A stretch of DNA of 64,000 nt from a virus, in the IMG/VR virus record IMGVR_UViG_3300048850_000068, positions 32,001 to 96,000 of that record. The stretch is one strand, 5' to 3'. Numbering within the stretch: position 1 is the first letter of the stretch; every line of letters starts with the position of its first letter. Below are positions 1 through 10,168 of this stretch, in pieces. The notes under the pieces were generated by a model. That model saw nothing but the letters and a program-made list of their open reading frames with translations, searched no databases and had not been told where the DNA came from. The translations under genes and the position numbers were made by a program.

Positions 1-42
1 TTGTGTCTTTAAGTCATCACTGACTTACTCAGTAAAAGCACA

Positions 43-264
43 CTACACAGCATTCTGTTGGATTACAAACGGAAGAAGAAGGCATGTTCCCAGGGGCGGA
101 ACAACTACGTAAATGCTTCCACGGACCGGGTGAATACCCTTCCAGACGTCGGTGGAACCATTGGAATGATAGGATCGCTCTTCCATATCGGCGATAATAT
201 CTGCGGCTTCGTCATGGGAAATATCAGTAAAAGGGCTGTTTTCGGCTGCGGCGGCGAGCTTCAT
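43..264 (-). CDS. hypothetical protein
   Basis: 73-aa ORF flanked by two 18-bp palindromes (10-27, 293-310). Confidence 0.55.
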   Translation of the reverse strand: MKLAAAAENSPFTDISHDEAADIIADMEERSYHSNGSTDVWKGIHPVRGSIYVVVPPLGTCLLLPFVIQQNAV

Positions 265-411
265 GTCTGGGGTTCCCCTGTTCTCTGGGTCTTAAGTCAG
301 TAATGACTTAATGGTGGTGGCACAGAAAAGGCGTCCTGACAAGAGACGGGACGCCATTCTGCACAGTTTCCCCAAGGGTCATGACAGATGATCCTTGGGT
401 GGTCCGGGCGT

Positions 412-855
412 TTACGCCCGAACCGTCTTGATACGCGAGCGATACCACTCGCGGAATTCGTCTTCGAGCTCCTCCGGGAACACCGTGTCGGTGTCCGGGC
501 CATGTAGCTCCGCGGTAACCTCGCGGGCGATGCGCACCAGGCGCACCTCGGCCTTGGAGAAGACGTCACCAAAGACCTCGGCCACGGCGCTCTTCAGATC
601 GGGCCAATACTGCTCGACACACATCCGGAAGAGAAACGCCGTATCCACGTGCAAGGCCTTGGCGAAAGCCGGGACCTTGTCCAAGGGCACCTTCATCTCG
701 CCCTTCTTGAACATGGATATGATGTTGGGCTTGTCGTAGCCCATTTCTGCGGCAATCTCGCGCTGGGACTTCTGCCCCTGAAGCCCGTCGATGACCTTCG
801 TTAAGTAACGAGCGAGTGGTAGATCGGCGCTCTTCATGGCAGCCCTCGCGTTCAT
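412..855 (-). CDS. Xre/CI-family HTH repressor
   Basis: KSQREIAAEMGYDKPNIISMFKKGEMKVPLDKVPAFAKAL HTH; GAGG RBS upstream. Confidence 0.8.
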   Translation of the reverse strand: MNARAAMKSADLPLARYLTKVIDGLQGQKSQREIAAEMGYDKPNIISMFKKGEMKVPLDKVPAFAKALHVDTAFLFRMCVEQYWPDLKSAVAEVFGDVFSKAEVRLVRIAREVTAELHGPDTDTVFPEELEDEFREWYRSRIKTVRA

Positions 856-1680
856 TTACATACCCTCCTAACCTCTTATGTGCTTTTCAGTTTAGATCAT
901 TTGCTCTGCGTCTTTTACTCAAACGCTCGTTGTATCTTAGCTATAGCGTAATCGTTGCGGATCACATGCGTATAATCTTGGGAAGAACATGAGGTTACGT
1001 GTTTCCGTTGTGCTGGAGACTGACCGATTAAGTCAGTTCTGAGTGAACAGTCACCAAGATAAGTCTGAGGTGTCAAGTTGGTTTCAAGTCAAAAACCCTT
1101 TTTACCGTGAACAGATGGAGAACAAAGTGCCACACTTATCCACAAGGGGTATCGGTCAGGACTGACTGAGCACTCGCGGCAACGGACAAAAGGCAATTTA
1201 GATGGGTGAATGATTCGAATCACGCGGGAAGATTGTCGCAGCAAGGATTCGCACGGCCCAGGTTCCATAAGGTTTCTTATGCGAATCCTACCTGAATGCG
1301 CGAAAGCCCGGGAGCGACCCGGGCCATCGACAAATGGGCATCCCTGCCCTCTCCGTGTGCGCGGAGTGATTTGCTTAAACTGTCGCAGGCTGGGTCGTTC
1401 GTCAAGAGCCCACAGGTTTTGCCCGGTTCAGTCTTGGCTTAACCGTGGAATCGGAGCAGGCTTCGCGGTTAACGGGCGATTCCGCCTGTTTGGAGCAACG
1501 ATGACGTAGGAATGGACAAAGCAAAGGCCCCGAAGTTGGAAGCTTCGAGGCCTTTAGGAGCCTGGTGAGGGCCCAATCGGTAACTGTTGCAAGTCCGATT
1601 AGACCCTCTCCGACAATCGAAGTCAAGAGAACACCGCTTCGGTGAACGCTCCCGCTTTGCCTTCTTCACAGGAGGTTTAG

Positions 1681-2214
1681 GTGAGACAGAAATATCTTTC
1701 GCGCTGGTCGGGCAATTTCAAAGCACCCAAGCGCATGATGAGGTGGCTCGAGGAGCGCCTGGCCGGCGAGACTTACGCGGTCCAGGCCGCAACGGTCGCC
1801 GTGATGTGCATGCGGGTCTGGTGCTCGCCGGGCCGCATCGGTGAAGAATTCGCCCTTTCGCGAACGGACGTGGCCCGGAAGCTGGGTCTCAGGGAGTGGG
1901 AGACCCGCAAGGGGATCGAGCTCCTGGTCGCCGTCGGCTTCCTGTCCGCCAAAGCCCCTGAATCCTTGCAAGCCCGTCGCACAGCCAAAGGGATTCGACG
2001 CCCGCCGATCCTCTATCGCGTCTGCCTGACGATCGTCTCCTACTTCCGCAGATTGCTCGAAAAGCGTTCCGCACCAGTATTTAATCTTTCAGAAGGGAAT
2101 CTACCAAAGACCGAAGGTCTATATTCTGGTGTGGGACCCGCCGACATAAAAAAGGGCGATCCCGAAGGACCGCCCGCGCACACAAAGAGGAAACACGACT
2201 TTAGCCGGGAATGA
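1681..2214 (+). CDS. winged-HTH protein, putative replication initiator
   Basis: GGAGG RBS before GTG; LSRTDVARKLGLREWETRKGIELLVAVGFL HTH; basic; follows an ~800-bp noncoding region. Confidence 0.55.
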   Translation: MRQKYLSRWSGNFKAPKRMMRWLEERLAGETYAVQAATVAVMCMRVWCSPGRIGEEFALSRTDVARKLGLREWETRKGIELLVAVGFLSAKAPESLQARRTAKGIRRPPILYRVCLTIVSYFRRLLEKRSAPVFNLSEGNLPKTEGLYSGVGPADIKKGDPEGPPAHTKRKHDFSRE

Positions 2215-2278
2215 ACCCTTGGCACCCAAGTCGTCAGGGATTCTGAGGTATCGACTATGGTAAGTCAATACTTACTTT

Positions 2279-2548
2279 TTAGGTGGCATCGATTCCGGAG
2301 GGCCGGTGAGCGAATTCCTCAAGATGCTTTCCAATAACGTCGTGGATCTTCTCCTCGGCGATGGCCGCGGCGAGCTCCTCGATCTTGGTGATCAGGTGCT
2401 CCCGCCAGTCCCGGCGCCCGTAGGTGCCGGGCTTGGAGCCCTCGTAAAGCTCCATCGCCTTGCGCAGGTGGTCGCGCTGACGCTGAACGGGCGTTCGCGT
2501 GCCATGCTTGGCGAGGGTCTCGATGTCCTTTTGGAGCTTGTCACTCAT
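2279..2548 (-). CDS. hypothetical protein
   Basis: 89-aa ORF overlapping the ligase stop by 4 nt. Confidence 0.65.
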   Translation of the reverse strand: MSDKLQKDIETLAKHGTRTPVQRQRDHLRKAMELYEGSKPGTYGRRDWREHLITKIEELAAAIAEEKIHDVIGKHLEEFAHRPSGIDAT

Positions 2549-3972
2549 GCTGCATCCTTCAGGTTTTCGTCCTTGTCGTCGCGGAAGCGCACAAAGCGCG
2601 GGTGGCGCAATGAGCCGTCCGGAGTGATCTCGTGAAACTCGATCTCAGCGAGACGCCCGAGCACCTGGCGCCCTGCCCCGCCGCGGTATAGAACCTTGTT
2701 CTTCTCAGTGACGGGTGTCACGCCGGCGCTGTCGGCGCGCAGCAGCGGCTCGAGCTCCTCGCGCTCATGCTCCTTGAACCCGCCGCCGATCTTGACCTCG
2801 ACCATCTTGCCTTCGTGCTCGCGCTCGACCAGCAATCCGCCGAACTTGCCTTCCAGCTTCGTTCCAGCCTCGCCCTCGAACCAGCCGGTGATGCGCAGAT
2901 CCTCGGTCTCCTCGGCCTTCATCTTCATCCAGAGGAAGCCCTTCGACTTGACGTAGTGCGCATCGAGTGGCTTCACCATCGCGCCCTCGAGGCCGTTGGC
3001 GCGGTGCTCCTCGTAGATCGCCTGAATCTCCTCGTGGCTGTTCGCCAGGCGCAGGTCCGTCATCTTGACGATGAGGCCTTCCGGAGCGAAGCCCGCAATG
3101 AACTCGGCGAACTTGCGCCGCGCCTTGAACGGAATCTTGATCTCGTTCTCGGACGAGGTTGCGAGATTGTAGGGCAGCGCGTCGAACAGGTTGATAATGG
3201 CGTTCTCGGCGTCGGCGCTCTTGCGGCGCACCTCTCCGGACGCCTCGTTGAAATGCCCGCCGGTAGTGATCTCAGCGTCGAGGGCAGCCGTTGCGCCCCG
3301 AGCTCCGAGCATCTTAGCGTAGAGCTCCATCAGCTTGTCGCCCGGAGCCTTCTCGACCGCAGTCTTAGCCGCAGCGCGCACCATCTCTGCGATCAGATCC
3401 GACAGATAGTCGAGCGAGGGAATGTGATTGCCGACGCGCGTGAATCCCTTTGCCGCGCCGTCCTTGACCAGGAACATCGCCCGCATGCCATCGAGCTTGG
3501 GCTCGACCGCGACCGGGAACACCTTCACGCGCTTCTCCTCGTAGGGCTTGGAGAGCATGACGTCGAAGGTCGGGATCGTGCCAGGCATGACCCGGTTGAC
3601 CGTGTTCTTCGAGAAGCCGGCGCGCAGGTCCTTCTTGAGGATGCGCCACAGGAGCTCGCTCGACTTAGGCTCGAGGTCCTCGAGGATGTTCTTGACCGCA
3701 GTCTTCGCGGCCGCGCCGGTGAGCTCGCGCTTGGAGAGCTGGTGCAGCATCACCCACGGCTGCGGGGAAATCTCGTCGAAGCTCCGGGAGCCGAACGTCT
3801 TCGACTTCGTGGGCGTCAGCCCGAAGGTGATGAAGGGGTCGAGAGCTGCCTTCACAACCTGGCGCGCGAGCTCGGATTCGCCGAGAAGCGCCTCGACGAG
3901 TTCCGCCTTGGCGGATGTTGAGGACGTGGCCGCGATCTGGTCGATGCGGTCTAAAAGATCGGTCGAGTTCAT
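2545..3972 (-). CDS. ATP-dependent DNA ligase
   Basis: EPKLDGMR (KxDG) adenylation motif, EGAMVK, WMKMK, C-terminal LRHPRFVRFRDDK. Confidence 0.95.
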   Translation of the reverse strand: MNSTDLLDRIDQIAATSSTSAKAELVEALLGESELARQVVKAALDPFITFGLTPTKSKTFGSRSFDEISPQPWVMLHQLSKRELTGAAAKTAVKNILEDLEPKSSELLWRILKKDLRAGFSKNTVNRVMPGTIPTFDVMLSKPYEEKRVKVFPVAVEPKLDGMRAMFLVKDGAAKGFTRVGNHIPSLDYLSDLIAEMVRAAAKTAVEKAPGDKLMELYAKMLGARGATAALDAEITTGGHFNEASGEVRRKSADAENAIINLFDALPYNLATSSENEIKIPFKARRKFAEFIAGFAPEGLIVKMTDLRLANSHEEIQAIYEEHRANGLEGAMVKPLDAHYVKSKGFLWMKMKAEETEDLRITGWFEGEAGTKLEGKFGGLLVEREHEGKMVEVKIGGGFKEHEREELEPLLRADSAGVTPVTEKNKVLYRGGAGRQVLGRLAEIEFHEITPDGSLRHPRFVRFRDDKDENLKDAA

Positions 3973-4193
3973 ACGAGTTCCGATACCTGCTTGACGGTGA
4001 GAGACTTGCCCGTGAGGGCGGTGAAGATGAAGGCGGCATTCATGGCGAGCTCGACCCGCTCACCTCCGTTGCCTTCGGCGCCCTGCTGAAGACCTGAAAT
4101 GATCTCCAGCGAGCGTTCGAGCTTGCGGTGCAGGTCATAGGCCTGAGCCATCGACCGCTCACCGTCGCCCATGAAGATCTGACGGCTCGTCAT
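3969..4193 (-). CDS. hypothetical protein
   Basis: ORF coupled by 4-nt overlaps on both sides. Confidence 0.65.
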   Translation of the reverse strand: MTSRQIFMGDGERSMAQAYDLHRKLERSLEIISGLQQGAEGNGGERVELAMNAAFIFTALTGKSLTVKQVSELV

Positions 4194-4873
4194 GCTGCGC
4201 TCTGCTGTTGGCGGGCGAGACGTGCTCGCTCAAGAAGGGAAAGGGTCGTTCCCGCGGCTGGGGCGGTCACAGGCGGCGTTGCCGGCTTCGGCTGGGGCTT
4301 CGGGGCTTCTGCGACCGGAGCAGCTTCTACGGGCTTGTTTTGCGGGGTCTGGGCCGCGGCATTGATTGCGGCCGACATATCGCCGGCCGTGGCTGCTGCA
4401 ATCGCGTCATCCTTGACGGGCTTCGAAGCCGCGGGCTTCTCGGGCGCCTTGACGTCCTCGAGCCGGGTCGTGCTCGCCTTGGTGCGCGGCACCGCGGCCT
4501 TCATGTCGTTCGACGCCGTGAGGAGCTCGCGCTCGCGATCGGAGACGCCGAACTTGTCCATCGTGCGGCCCTGGACCTGGACCGGGGCGATGCGCTCGAG
4601 GATGTGCTTCGGCCAGGGCAGGGTCTTGGGCTCGGTCGAATGGATCGGATCGTCGTCCGTGCGCTCCATATGCTTGACCAGATGATAGACCGGGCACTTG
4701 GAATCAGTCAGCGCTGCCTGACAACCGCGCCGAACATCGAGCCGCTTCCCCTTCCAGAGTTCGTCCCGGAGCGCCAGGCACGCCGAGATCTTGCTCTCGA
4801 CATTGAACACCGGGCAGGTGATGCAGGCCTGGTTCTCGCGGGCCAGGGTCTTTTTCAGTCCGAACGACGCCAT
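4190..4873 (-). CDS. hypothetical protein with Cys-rich N-terminus and Ala/Pro-rich tail
   Basis: Several Cys (CITCP, C, C, C); start MASFG overlaps the upstream stop. Confidence 0.7.
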   Translation of the reverse strand: MASFGLKKTLARENQACITCPVFNVESKISACLALRDELWKGKRLDVRRGCQAALTDSKCPVYHLVKHMERTDDDPIHSTEPKTLPWPKHILERIAPVQVQGRTMDKFGVSDRERELLTASNDMKAAVPRTKASTTRLEDVKAPEKPAASKPVKDDAIAAATAGDMSAAINAAAQTPQNKPVEAAPVAEAPKPQPKPATPPVTAPAAGTTLSLLERARLARQQQSAA

Positions 4874-5379
4874 TAGAACATTCCCCACATCGGATTGTTT
4901 TCGATCTGCTGCTCGGGCGTGAGCACTTCCTCGGGCAGCGGGATCGGCTTCTTGTCCTTCTTCTTGAAGGTGCCGTCCTTCTGCTGCTCGAACTCGACCT
5001 CCTCGGGCGCCCGTGCGCCGGCGGTGTTGATACCGGGCAGGATGAACTTGAGATCAGCCGGCGACATTTGTGCGAGATACTGTGTGCCAAGCGCCTTCTT
5101 GAGCGCGGTCTCATCGTTGATCACGAGATTGTCGTCGCGGAAATGATCGCGGTATTCGCCCTCGAACTTCTCGCGATACTTCTTGTCGAACAGGGATTGC
5201 GCGTGGCTCTGCGTCGTCGCCTGAACCTTCAGGCTGCCGAACTTGCCGGCCTTGCCGAAGCGCTCGATGTAGAGCGCTTTGCCGCTGTCGGACGTCAGAA
5301 CGAGGACAAGGTGATACTCCTTTCCTCCCGACACGGACTGGGCCCGTGCCGACTTCTTGATGACTGTCATGGGGAACAT
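4873..5379 (-). CDS. WGR-domain-like protein
   Basis: KEYHLVL...LYIERFGKAGKFG...AQSLFDKKYREK...Y pattern. Confidence 0.6.
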   Translation of the reverse strand: MFPMTVIKKSARAQSVSGGKEYHLVLVLTSDSGKALYIERFGKAGKFGSLKVQATTQSHAQSLFDKKYREKFEGEYRDHFRDDNLVINDETALKKALGTQYLAQMSPADLKFILPGINTAGARAPEEVEFEQQKDGTFKKKDKKPIPLPEEVLTPEQQIENNPMWGMF

Positions 5380-5426
5380 GACTGTCTCCTCTCTCTTGCT
5401 GTGTGCTAAGTCTGTTATAGCGATTT

Positions 5427-6599
5427 CTAAGCGGATATTAAGTCAGTTCTGACTGGATTATTCAGGCGACGCTCAGCCGCTTCAGCGTCGGCATAGGGGT
5501 TCTTGAGCATCCACTTCATCGCCAGGGCCGGCGTGTAGGTGTGTGCCTTCCAGAACGCCTCGCAAACCACCTCGGGCAGCACCTCGTTCGGGTCCTTCTT
5601 GTAAGGAAGTAACGCGATCTTTGACCGCACCCCGATCTTGCGCACCTTGTCGGCCGCTTCCAGGACAGCGCTGATCACCTTGGGCTCGCCGTCCCACATG
5701 AAGGTGAGCTCCTCGAGGCCGTGCGCCTTGAGCTGCAGGATGCGGCCGAGCTGGTCGTCGCCGTCGAGCGAGCCGTAGCTCAGGTGCTTGCCGAAGGTGC
5801 CGACGGCTGCCACGTCGCGCAGGTCAACCTGGGTATCCAGCGCCTTCTTGATGGAGAACACGTCGAAGGCACCCTCCCCGGCACAGGCACGCTTGGCCCG
5901 GAGTGCGTTTTGCCCGTTATACAAATACTTGCCCGTTCCAGGCAGGCCCTTGGGGAACCGGTATTTCTCATCCGACGTGCCGGTGATGTCGCGGCCCTGG
6001 AAGGTCTTGAGCTCGCCGTCGAGATCGAAGACCGGGATGATCACGCGGTTGTCGAACTTCTGCCCGCCCTGAGAGCCGTCGTCCTTCTGGTAGTTCCACC
6101 AGCCCTCGATGCAGAAGCGCAGATGGAAGTATTTCGCCAGGTCGGCGTCAATGCCGCGGGTCTCGAGGTATTGCAGATTGCGCCCGTCGGCCGTCGGCAG
6201 CGGGAAAGACAGCGGCAGCTTGACCTCGCCCACCTCGACGGCAGCCGTGGTCAGACGCTTCGGGCGCCAGCCCTGATCTTTCAGCGCCTCGACCACATGC
6301 TCGCGGGTCTGACGCCAGCCGTCCTTTTCATCCGGATCACCGTGGAGATAGGTGTGAATGAACGACAGCTTGCCCCGGAAGCGGGTGTTGCAGACGAAGC
6401 AGTTGCCGACGCCCGATTCCGCGTTGAGATAGACCCTGGAGCGCTTGTCGCCGCACGATTGCACCGGACAGGCCTCGGCATTGATCTGCATGCCAGAGGA
6501 GCCCCGCGAGAGCTTGTAGGACAGGCTCTCGCGGTCGAACCAGGATTCCAGGTCGAGCTCTTCCTCGAGCTCCTTCCAGGTCGGCCCGTTGTTGCTCAT
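5427..6599 (-). CDS. DNA primase (Zn finger + TOPRIM)
   Basis: CPVQSCG...CFVC Zn finger, RVIIPVFD, EGAFD, WDGE, KDPNE. Confidence 0.9.
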   Translation of the reverse strand: MSNNGPTWKELEEELDLESWFDRESLSYKLSRGSSGMQINAEACPVQSCGDKRSRVYLNAESGVGNCFVCNTRFRGKLSFIHTYLHGDPDEKDGWRQTREHVVEALKDQGWRPKRLTTAAVEVGEVKLPLSFPLPTADGRNLQYLETRGIDADLAKYFHLRFCIEGWWNYQKDDGSQGGQKFDNRVIIPVFDLDGELKTFQGRDITGTSDEKYRFPKGLPGTGKYLYNGQNALRAKRACAGEGAFDVFSIKKALDTQVDLRDVAAVGTFGKHLSYGSLDGDDQLGRILQLKAHGLEELTFMWDGEPKVISAVLEAADKVRKIGVRSKIALLPYKKDPNEVLPEVVCEAFWKAHTYTPALAMKWMLKNPYADAEAAERRLNNPVRTDLISA

Positions 6600-6817
6600 G
6601 TGAAGGCTCCCGGATAGGTGGCGTAGCGCAAGAGCTTGCCCTCGGCTGAATAAGCCAGATTTGCCGCGTCAGAGGGCGAGGCGTCGATCCATTCCAGGGT
6701 GCGGAAGGTGCCGTGCATATCACCCCGGTAGCTGATCTCGACTTGGAGCACCTGGACCCGCTTGCGCGAAAACAAGTGCTTGCGCCGTTCGACGAACCTG
6801 AAACGTCCGGTCCTCAT
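6596..6817 (-). CDS. hypothetical protein
   Basis: 73-aa ORF coupled between helicase and primase. Confidence 0.6.
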   Translation of the reverse strand: MRTGRFRFVERRKHLFSRKRVQVLQVEISYRGDMHGTFRTLEWIDASPSDAANLAYSAEGKLLRYATYPGAFT

Positions 6818-8187
6818 GCGCTTTCCTTCCCGAGGAACTTGGTGAGGAACTGCATCTTGGCGCGGTCCTGCTGGATGCGCAGCACGAACTCGCCCTCGGT
6901 GTTACGGGACGCGGCGAAGAACAGCCGCGCCTCGCCGATCTGCTTCTCGGCCGAGGTGGCGTTGATCGTGATGACGATATCGGCCGTGCGGATACGGTTG
7001 TAGTCTTCGGCCACGTCCGTTGCCTTGGCGATCGAGGCCTTGGCGCCGTCACGGTTGGTCTGCGTCGCAGTGAGCACGGCGGCGTTGTTCTCGAAGGCCA
7101 CGGCGCGCAGATCCACATAGATCTGGCGTGAGGCTTCGCGCAGCTCGTCCTGCACCCGCTCCGGCATCATCAGGTCGGCGTAATCGACGATGATGAGGTC
7201 GAAGATGATGCCCTTGGTCCGGTAGCGCTCGATCAGGCGACGGAGCTGCGACACCTTGAAGGTGCCGGACGCGAACTCGTGGATCTTGAGCAGGCCGGAC
7301 TTTGCCTTGATCTTACGGATCTCGTCACGGACCGCATTCGGCTTGTCCTTGAGCACCTTCATCATGGTGTTGGACAGCTTCGCGTCGAGACGATCGCCGA
7401 TGATGCGCTTGCCCACTTCGAGCGTGATGCCGAGCACGTTGTAGCCGGCCATCGACGCCATCGCGCCGTGATCCCACAGCGCAATCGACTTGCCCGACTT
7501 GGCCGGGCCCATGTAGAGCGAAAGCTCTTTACGGCCCCATCCGCCGTGAATGAGCTCCTTGTCGAGATCCGGATAGCCGGTAGTGATGCCGTCGGGCTTG
7601 ATCGTGCCGCAAGCGACCGCGATGCGGTGCTCGGTGCGGGCCTCGACCTCCTCGAAGTAATCGTATTCGCCGATATCCTCGGCCGTGCCCACCAGGCCCG
7701 CCTTCTGGACGTCTCTGATCACGTCCTCGAAGCGCCCGCGTTGCCAGTTTGCCACGCCGTCGGTGAGTGCCTTCTCGAAGGCCCGATACCGGGCGAACTT
7801 GCCAACCTCGTCGATCACGAAGTCGCGGTCCGAGATATCCTGCTGAAGCGCCAGCTTGACCCGGTCCTTGACCTCGGCGACGAGATCCGAGCGGATCTTC
7901 TTCGACTGGATCGCGTCCTTCAGGATGACGCCGATCGAACCCCGGTCCGGCGCCTTCTTGTAGGTCTTAAAGTGATCGAGCGCCACCTTGACGATCGCGC
8001 CGTCGGCGTCGTTCTCGAGGAAGCTCGGGTCGATCAGGCCGTCGGTGCGGTTGACGAACACCGTGTCGCGCAGGGTGAGCGCCACGATCTTCGATTGGAA
8101 CTCGTCGTCGAACTCATAGGTCGAGGTTGCGAGACCCTGATCCTCGTCCTCGTCGTCATTGGCTGCAACTGCGGCGGAAGCGGCCAT
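6814..8187 (-). CDS. dnaB: DnaB-like replicative helicase
   Basis: GITTGYPDLD, Walker A GPAKSGKS, IIVDYADL, TATQTNR. Confidence 0.93.
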   Translation of the reverse strand: MAASAAVAANDDEDEDQGLATSTYEFDDEFQSKIVALTLRDTVFVNRTDGLIDPSFLENDADGAIVKVALDHFKTYKKAPDRGSIGVILKDAIQSKKIRSDLVAEVKDRVKLALQQDISDRDFVIDEVGKFARYRAFEKALTDGVANWQRGRFEDVIRDVQKAGLVGTAEDIGEYDYFEEVEARTEHRIAVACGTIKPDGITTGYPDLDKELIHGGWGRKELSLYMGPAKSGKSIALWDHGAMASMAGYNVLGITLEVGKRIIGDRLDAKLSNTMMKVLKDKPNAVRDEIRKIKAKSGLLKIHEFASGTFKVSQLRRLIERYRTKGIIFDLIIVDYADLMMPERVQDELREASRQIYVDLRAVAFENNAAVLTATQTNRDGAKASIAKATDVAEDYNRIRTADIVITINATSAEKQIGEARLFFAASRNTEGEFVLRIQQDRAKMQFLTKFLGKESA

Positions 8188-8474
8188 TACACGATCTCCT
8201 CGTAGCCGGCCAATCCTGACTTAAAGTAAGTCACTACTGACTTACGACCCTCAACAAGCCTTTCGAGCTTCAGGGTGTAGGCGTCCGTCTGCACGAGAAC
8301 GCCCTCATGGACCGGGCGATTGAAGTCAGGCACGGCGCTGTAGAGACGCACGGGCCGGCCGACCAGGCTCTTAAGCTCGTCCTGGTGCGACCAGGGCTTT
8401 ACCTTGTAGGGCTTGCGCTCGTTCTTCTTCTCGACGATCAAATTGCGCCGTCCGTAATTATCACCAAATGCCAT
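8187..8474 (-). CDS. Hfq/Sm-like protein
   Basis: QDELKSL..PVRLY...EGVLVQTDAYTLKL...TYFKSGL resembles the Hfq Sm1/Sm2 pattern. Confidence 0.55.
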   Translation of the reverse strand: MAFGDNYGRRNLIVEKKNERKPYKVKPWSHQDELKSLVGRPVRLYSAVPDFNRPVHEGVLVQTDAYTLKLERLVEGRKSVVTYFKSGLAGYEEIV

Positions 8475-8542
8475 TGTTGTTCTCTTATGTTGCGCGTTGA
8501 TTTGAATATAGCGAAGTAGAAGCGGATTAGAACAAGTATCTA

Positions 8543-9244
8543 TCAGGCTGCTTCAAGGACACGATTGAGATAATCTTGTCCGAAACGGGCCTTCACCTTG
8601 TCTTCCGGAAGCACCTGCTTGTCGTAGACCAACTGGTTGAGCAGATGGGTGGCGTTCCCGCGCTTCATCACCTGGGCCAGGATCCACTCGTGGTGATCGT
8701 CCTGAGCCTTGAGCCCCTGATAGAAGCTGTTGTGATAGTTCGGGTGGCGCGAGTAGAACAGAAACCCCTCCTGCCGGTCCTCCCACAGCGGCCCGATCTT
8801 GTCGGTGATCAGGTCCGAATACATGTGCGAGGGCTGCGGCAGACGATCCTGATTCCAGTAGCGGAGCTGAATGTCGAACGCGAGGTCGAGGAAGACGTCG
8901 TAGGGCATGCCGGCCGCGTCTGCGATCTGCCGGCCACGCCATACGGCGCTCATCTTCGGGCTCTTGTCGCCCGTGAACATTTCCTTGATCTTGATCGGCT
9001 GCACATACTCGGCCCGGGTGCGGTCGATCTCGCGACGATAATAGCGCCGATACGCCTTGGTGAACTCGTGGGCGTAGACATAGGTCGCCTGGACCGGATG
9101 CAGGAAGCGATAAGCGAACCACTTGCCGGTGAACAGGGCGGTCTCGACCGCGACCCAGTCCTTGCGCACATACTTCTGCATGTGTTCGTCGCAGGTGTCC
9201 GGATCGAGGTCGATGCCGTAGATAATGTCGTCGCCGAAGTCCAT
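8543..9244 (-). CDS. hypothetical phage replication-module protein
   Basis: 233-aa aromatic-rich ORF coupled to phoH. Confidence 0.7.
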   Translation of the reverse strand: MDFGDDIIYGIDLDPDTCDEHMQKYVRKDWVAVETALFTGKWFAYRFLHPVQATYVYAHEFTKAYRRYYRREIDRTRAEYVQPIKIKEMFTGDKSPKMSAVWRGRQIADAAGMPYDVFLDLAFDIQLRYWNQDRLPQPSHMYSDLITDKIGPLWEDRQEGFLFYSRHPNYHNSFYQGLKAQDDHHEWILAQVMKRGNATHLLNQLVYDKQVLPEDKVKARFGQDYLNRVLEAA

Positions 9245-10092
9245 TATGATCCCAAAAAGCGCTGTAGGCCTGACTGAGCATCTTCGCTCTCAGTCGTGCT
9301 ATAGCGCTTTTCGGGCGGGCTGCATGAAGTCAATTCTGGCTCCTCGTAGGCTTCCACGATCGCCTGGCACATGCCGGAGCGCACGATATCCTCGCGGGAG
9401 AACTCGACCGCACCGATGCCCTTGATCCGGGCGAGACGCTTGACCGCATCGGCCAGGCCCGACTTCGAGGCGTCCGGCAGGTCGCACTGACGCACGTCGC
9501 CATTGATCAGGAACTTGGCGTTCTCACCGATACGCGACAGGAGCAGCTTGAACTGGCCCTTGGTGGCATTCTGCATCTCGTCCGCGATCACCCAGGCGTT
9601 CTTAAGCGTCGAGCCGCGCAGCAGCGCCATTGGGCGCCCTTCGATGACCTTGTTCTTGATCAGATACTCCAACTGACCGGCGCCGAAGAACTCCTCGAGG
9701 GCGTCGAGCACAGGACGGAAATAGGGATCAGTCTTTTCGGTCTCGTCGCCCGGCAGGAACCCGAGATCCTCTTCCTCGGCCGCGACGATCGGGCGAGTGA
9801 AGATGATCTTCTCGGTCTCGCCCTTCTGCAGAGCCTCGCAGGCGCGCATCACCTCGAGCCAGGTCTTGCCGGTGCCGGCCGGACCCGTGGCGAAGACGAT
9901 GGTGTTGACGGCAATGGCGGTGTCGAGCTGGCGCTGGGTTTCGTTCAGAGGTTCGATAGCACGCTTGTTCGGCTTGCGCGGCCGGCGCGTGATCTCCTCG
10001 TGCTGAGCAATCTGAATGAGAGGGTCGTGGTTCTTCTTACGGCCGTCGCGGCGCTTCATACGATTTGCGGCGCGATCCTTCGGGTTGCCCAT
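9244..10092 (-). CDS. phoH: PhoH-family ATPase
   Basis: GPAGTGKT, LGFLPG, RGSTL, ADEMQN, GDVRQCD, DIVRS. Confidence 0.95.
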   Translation of the reverse strand: MGNPKDRAANRMKRRDGRKKNHDPLIQIAQHEEITRRPRKPNKRAIEPLNETQRQLDTAIAVNTIVFATGPAGTGKTWLEVMRACEALQKGETEKIIFTRPIVAAEEEDLGFLPGDETEKTDPYFRPVLDALEEFFGAGQLEYLIKNKVIEGRPMALLRGSTLKNAWVIADEMQNATKGQFKLLLSRIGENAKFLINGDVRQCDLPDASKSGLADAVKRLARIKGIGAVEFSREDIVRSGMCQAIVEAYEEPELTSCSPPEKRYSTTESEDAQSGLQRFLGS

Positions 10093-10093
10093 T

Positions 10094-10130
10094 TTGGTCT
10101 CCAGAGAGTGAGGTGGTGTCTCTGGAGACC
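10094..10130. other. Stem-loop upstream of phoH
   Basis: TGGTCTCCAGAGA...TCTCTGGAGACCA 13-bp inverted repeat. Confidence 0.6.
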
Positions 10131-10168
10131 ATGTTAGCTAAGTCAGTTCTGACTTACCATTCTTGACT

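Noticed and set aside
856-1680. Small ORFs or a copy-control antisense RNA upstream of the putative rep
   Set aside because: The ORFs lack motifs. A hairpin near 1303-1325 and degenerate palindromes exist, but that is too little to call an RNA gene.
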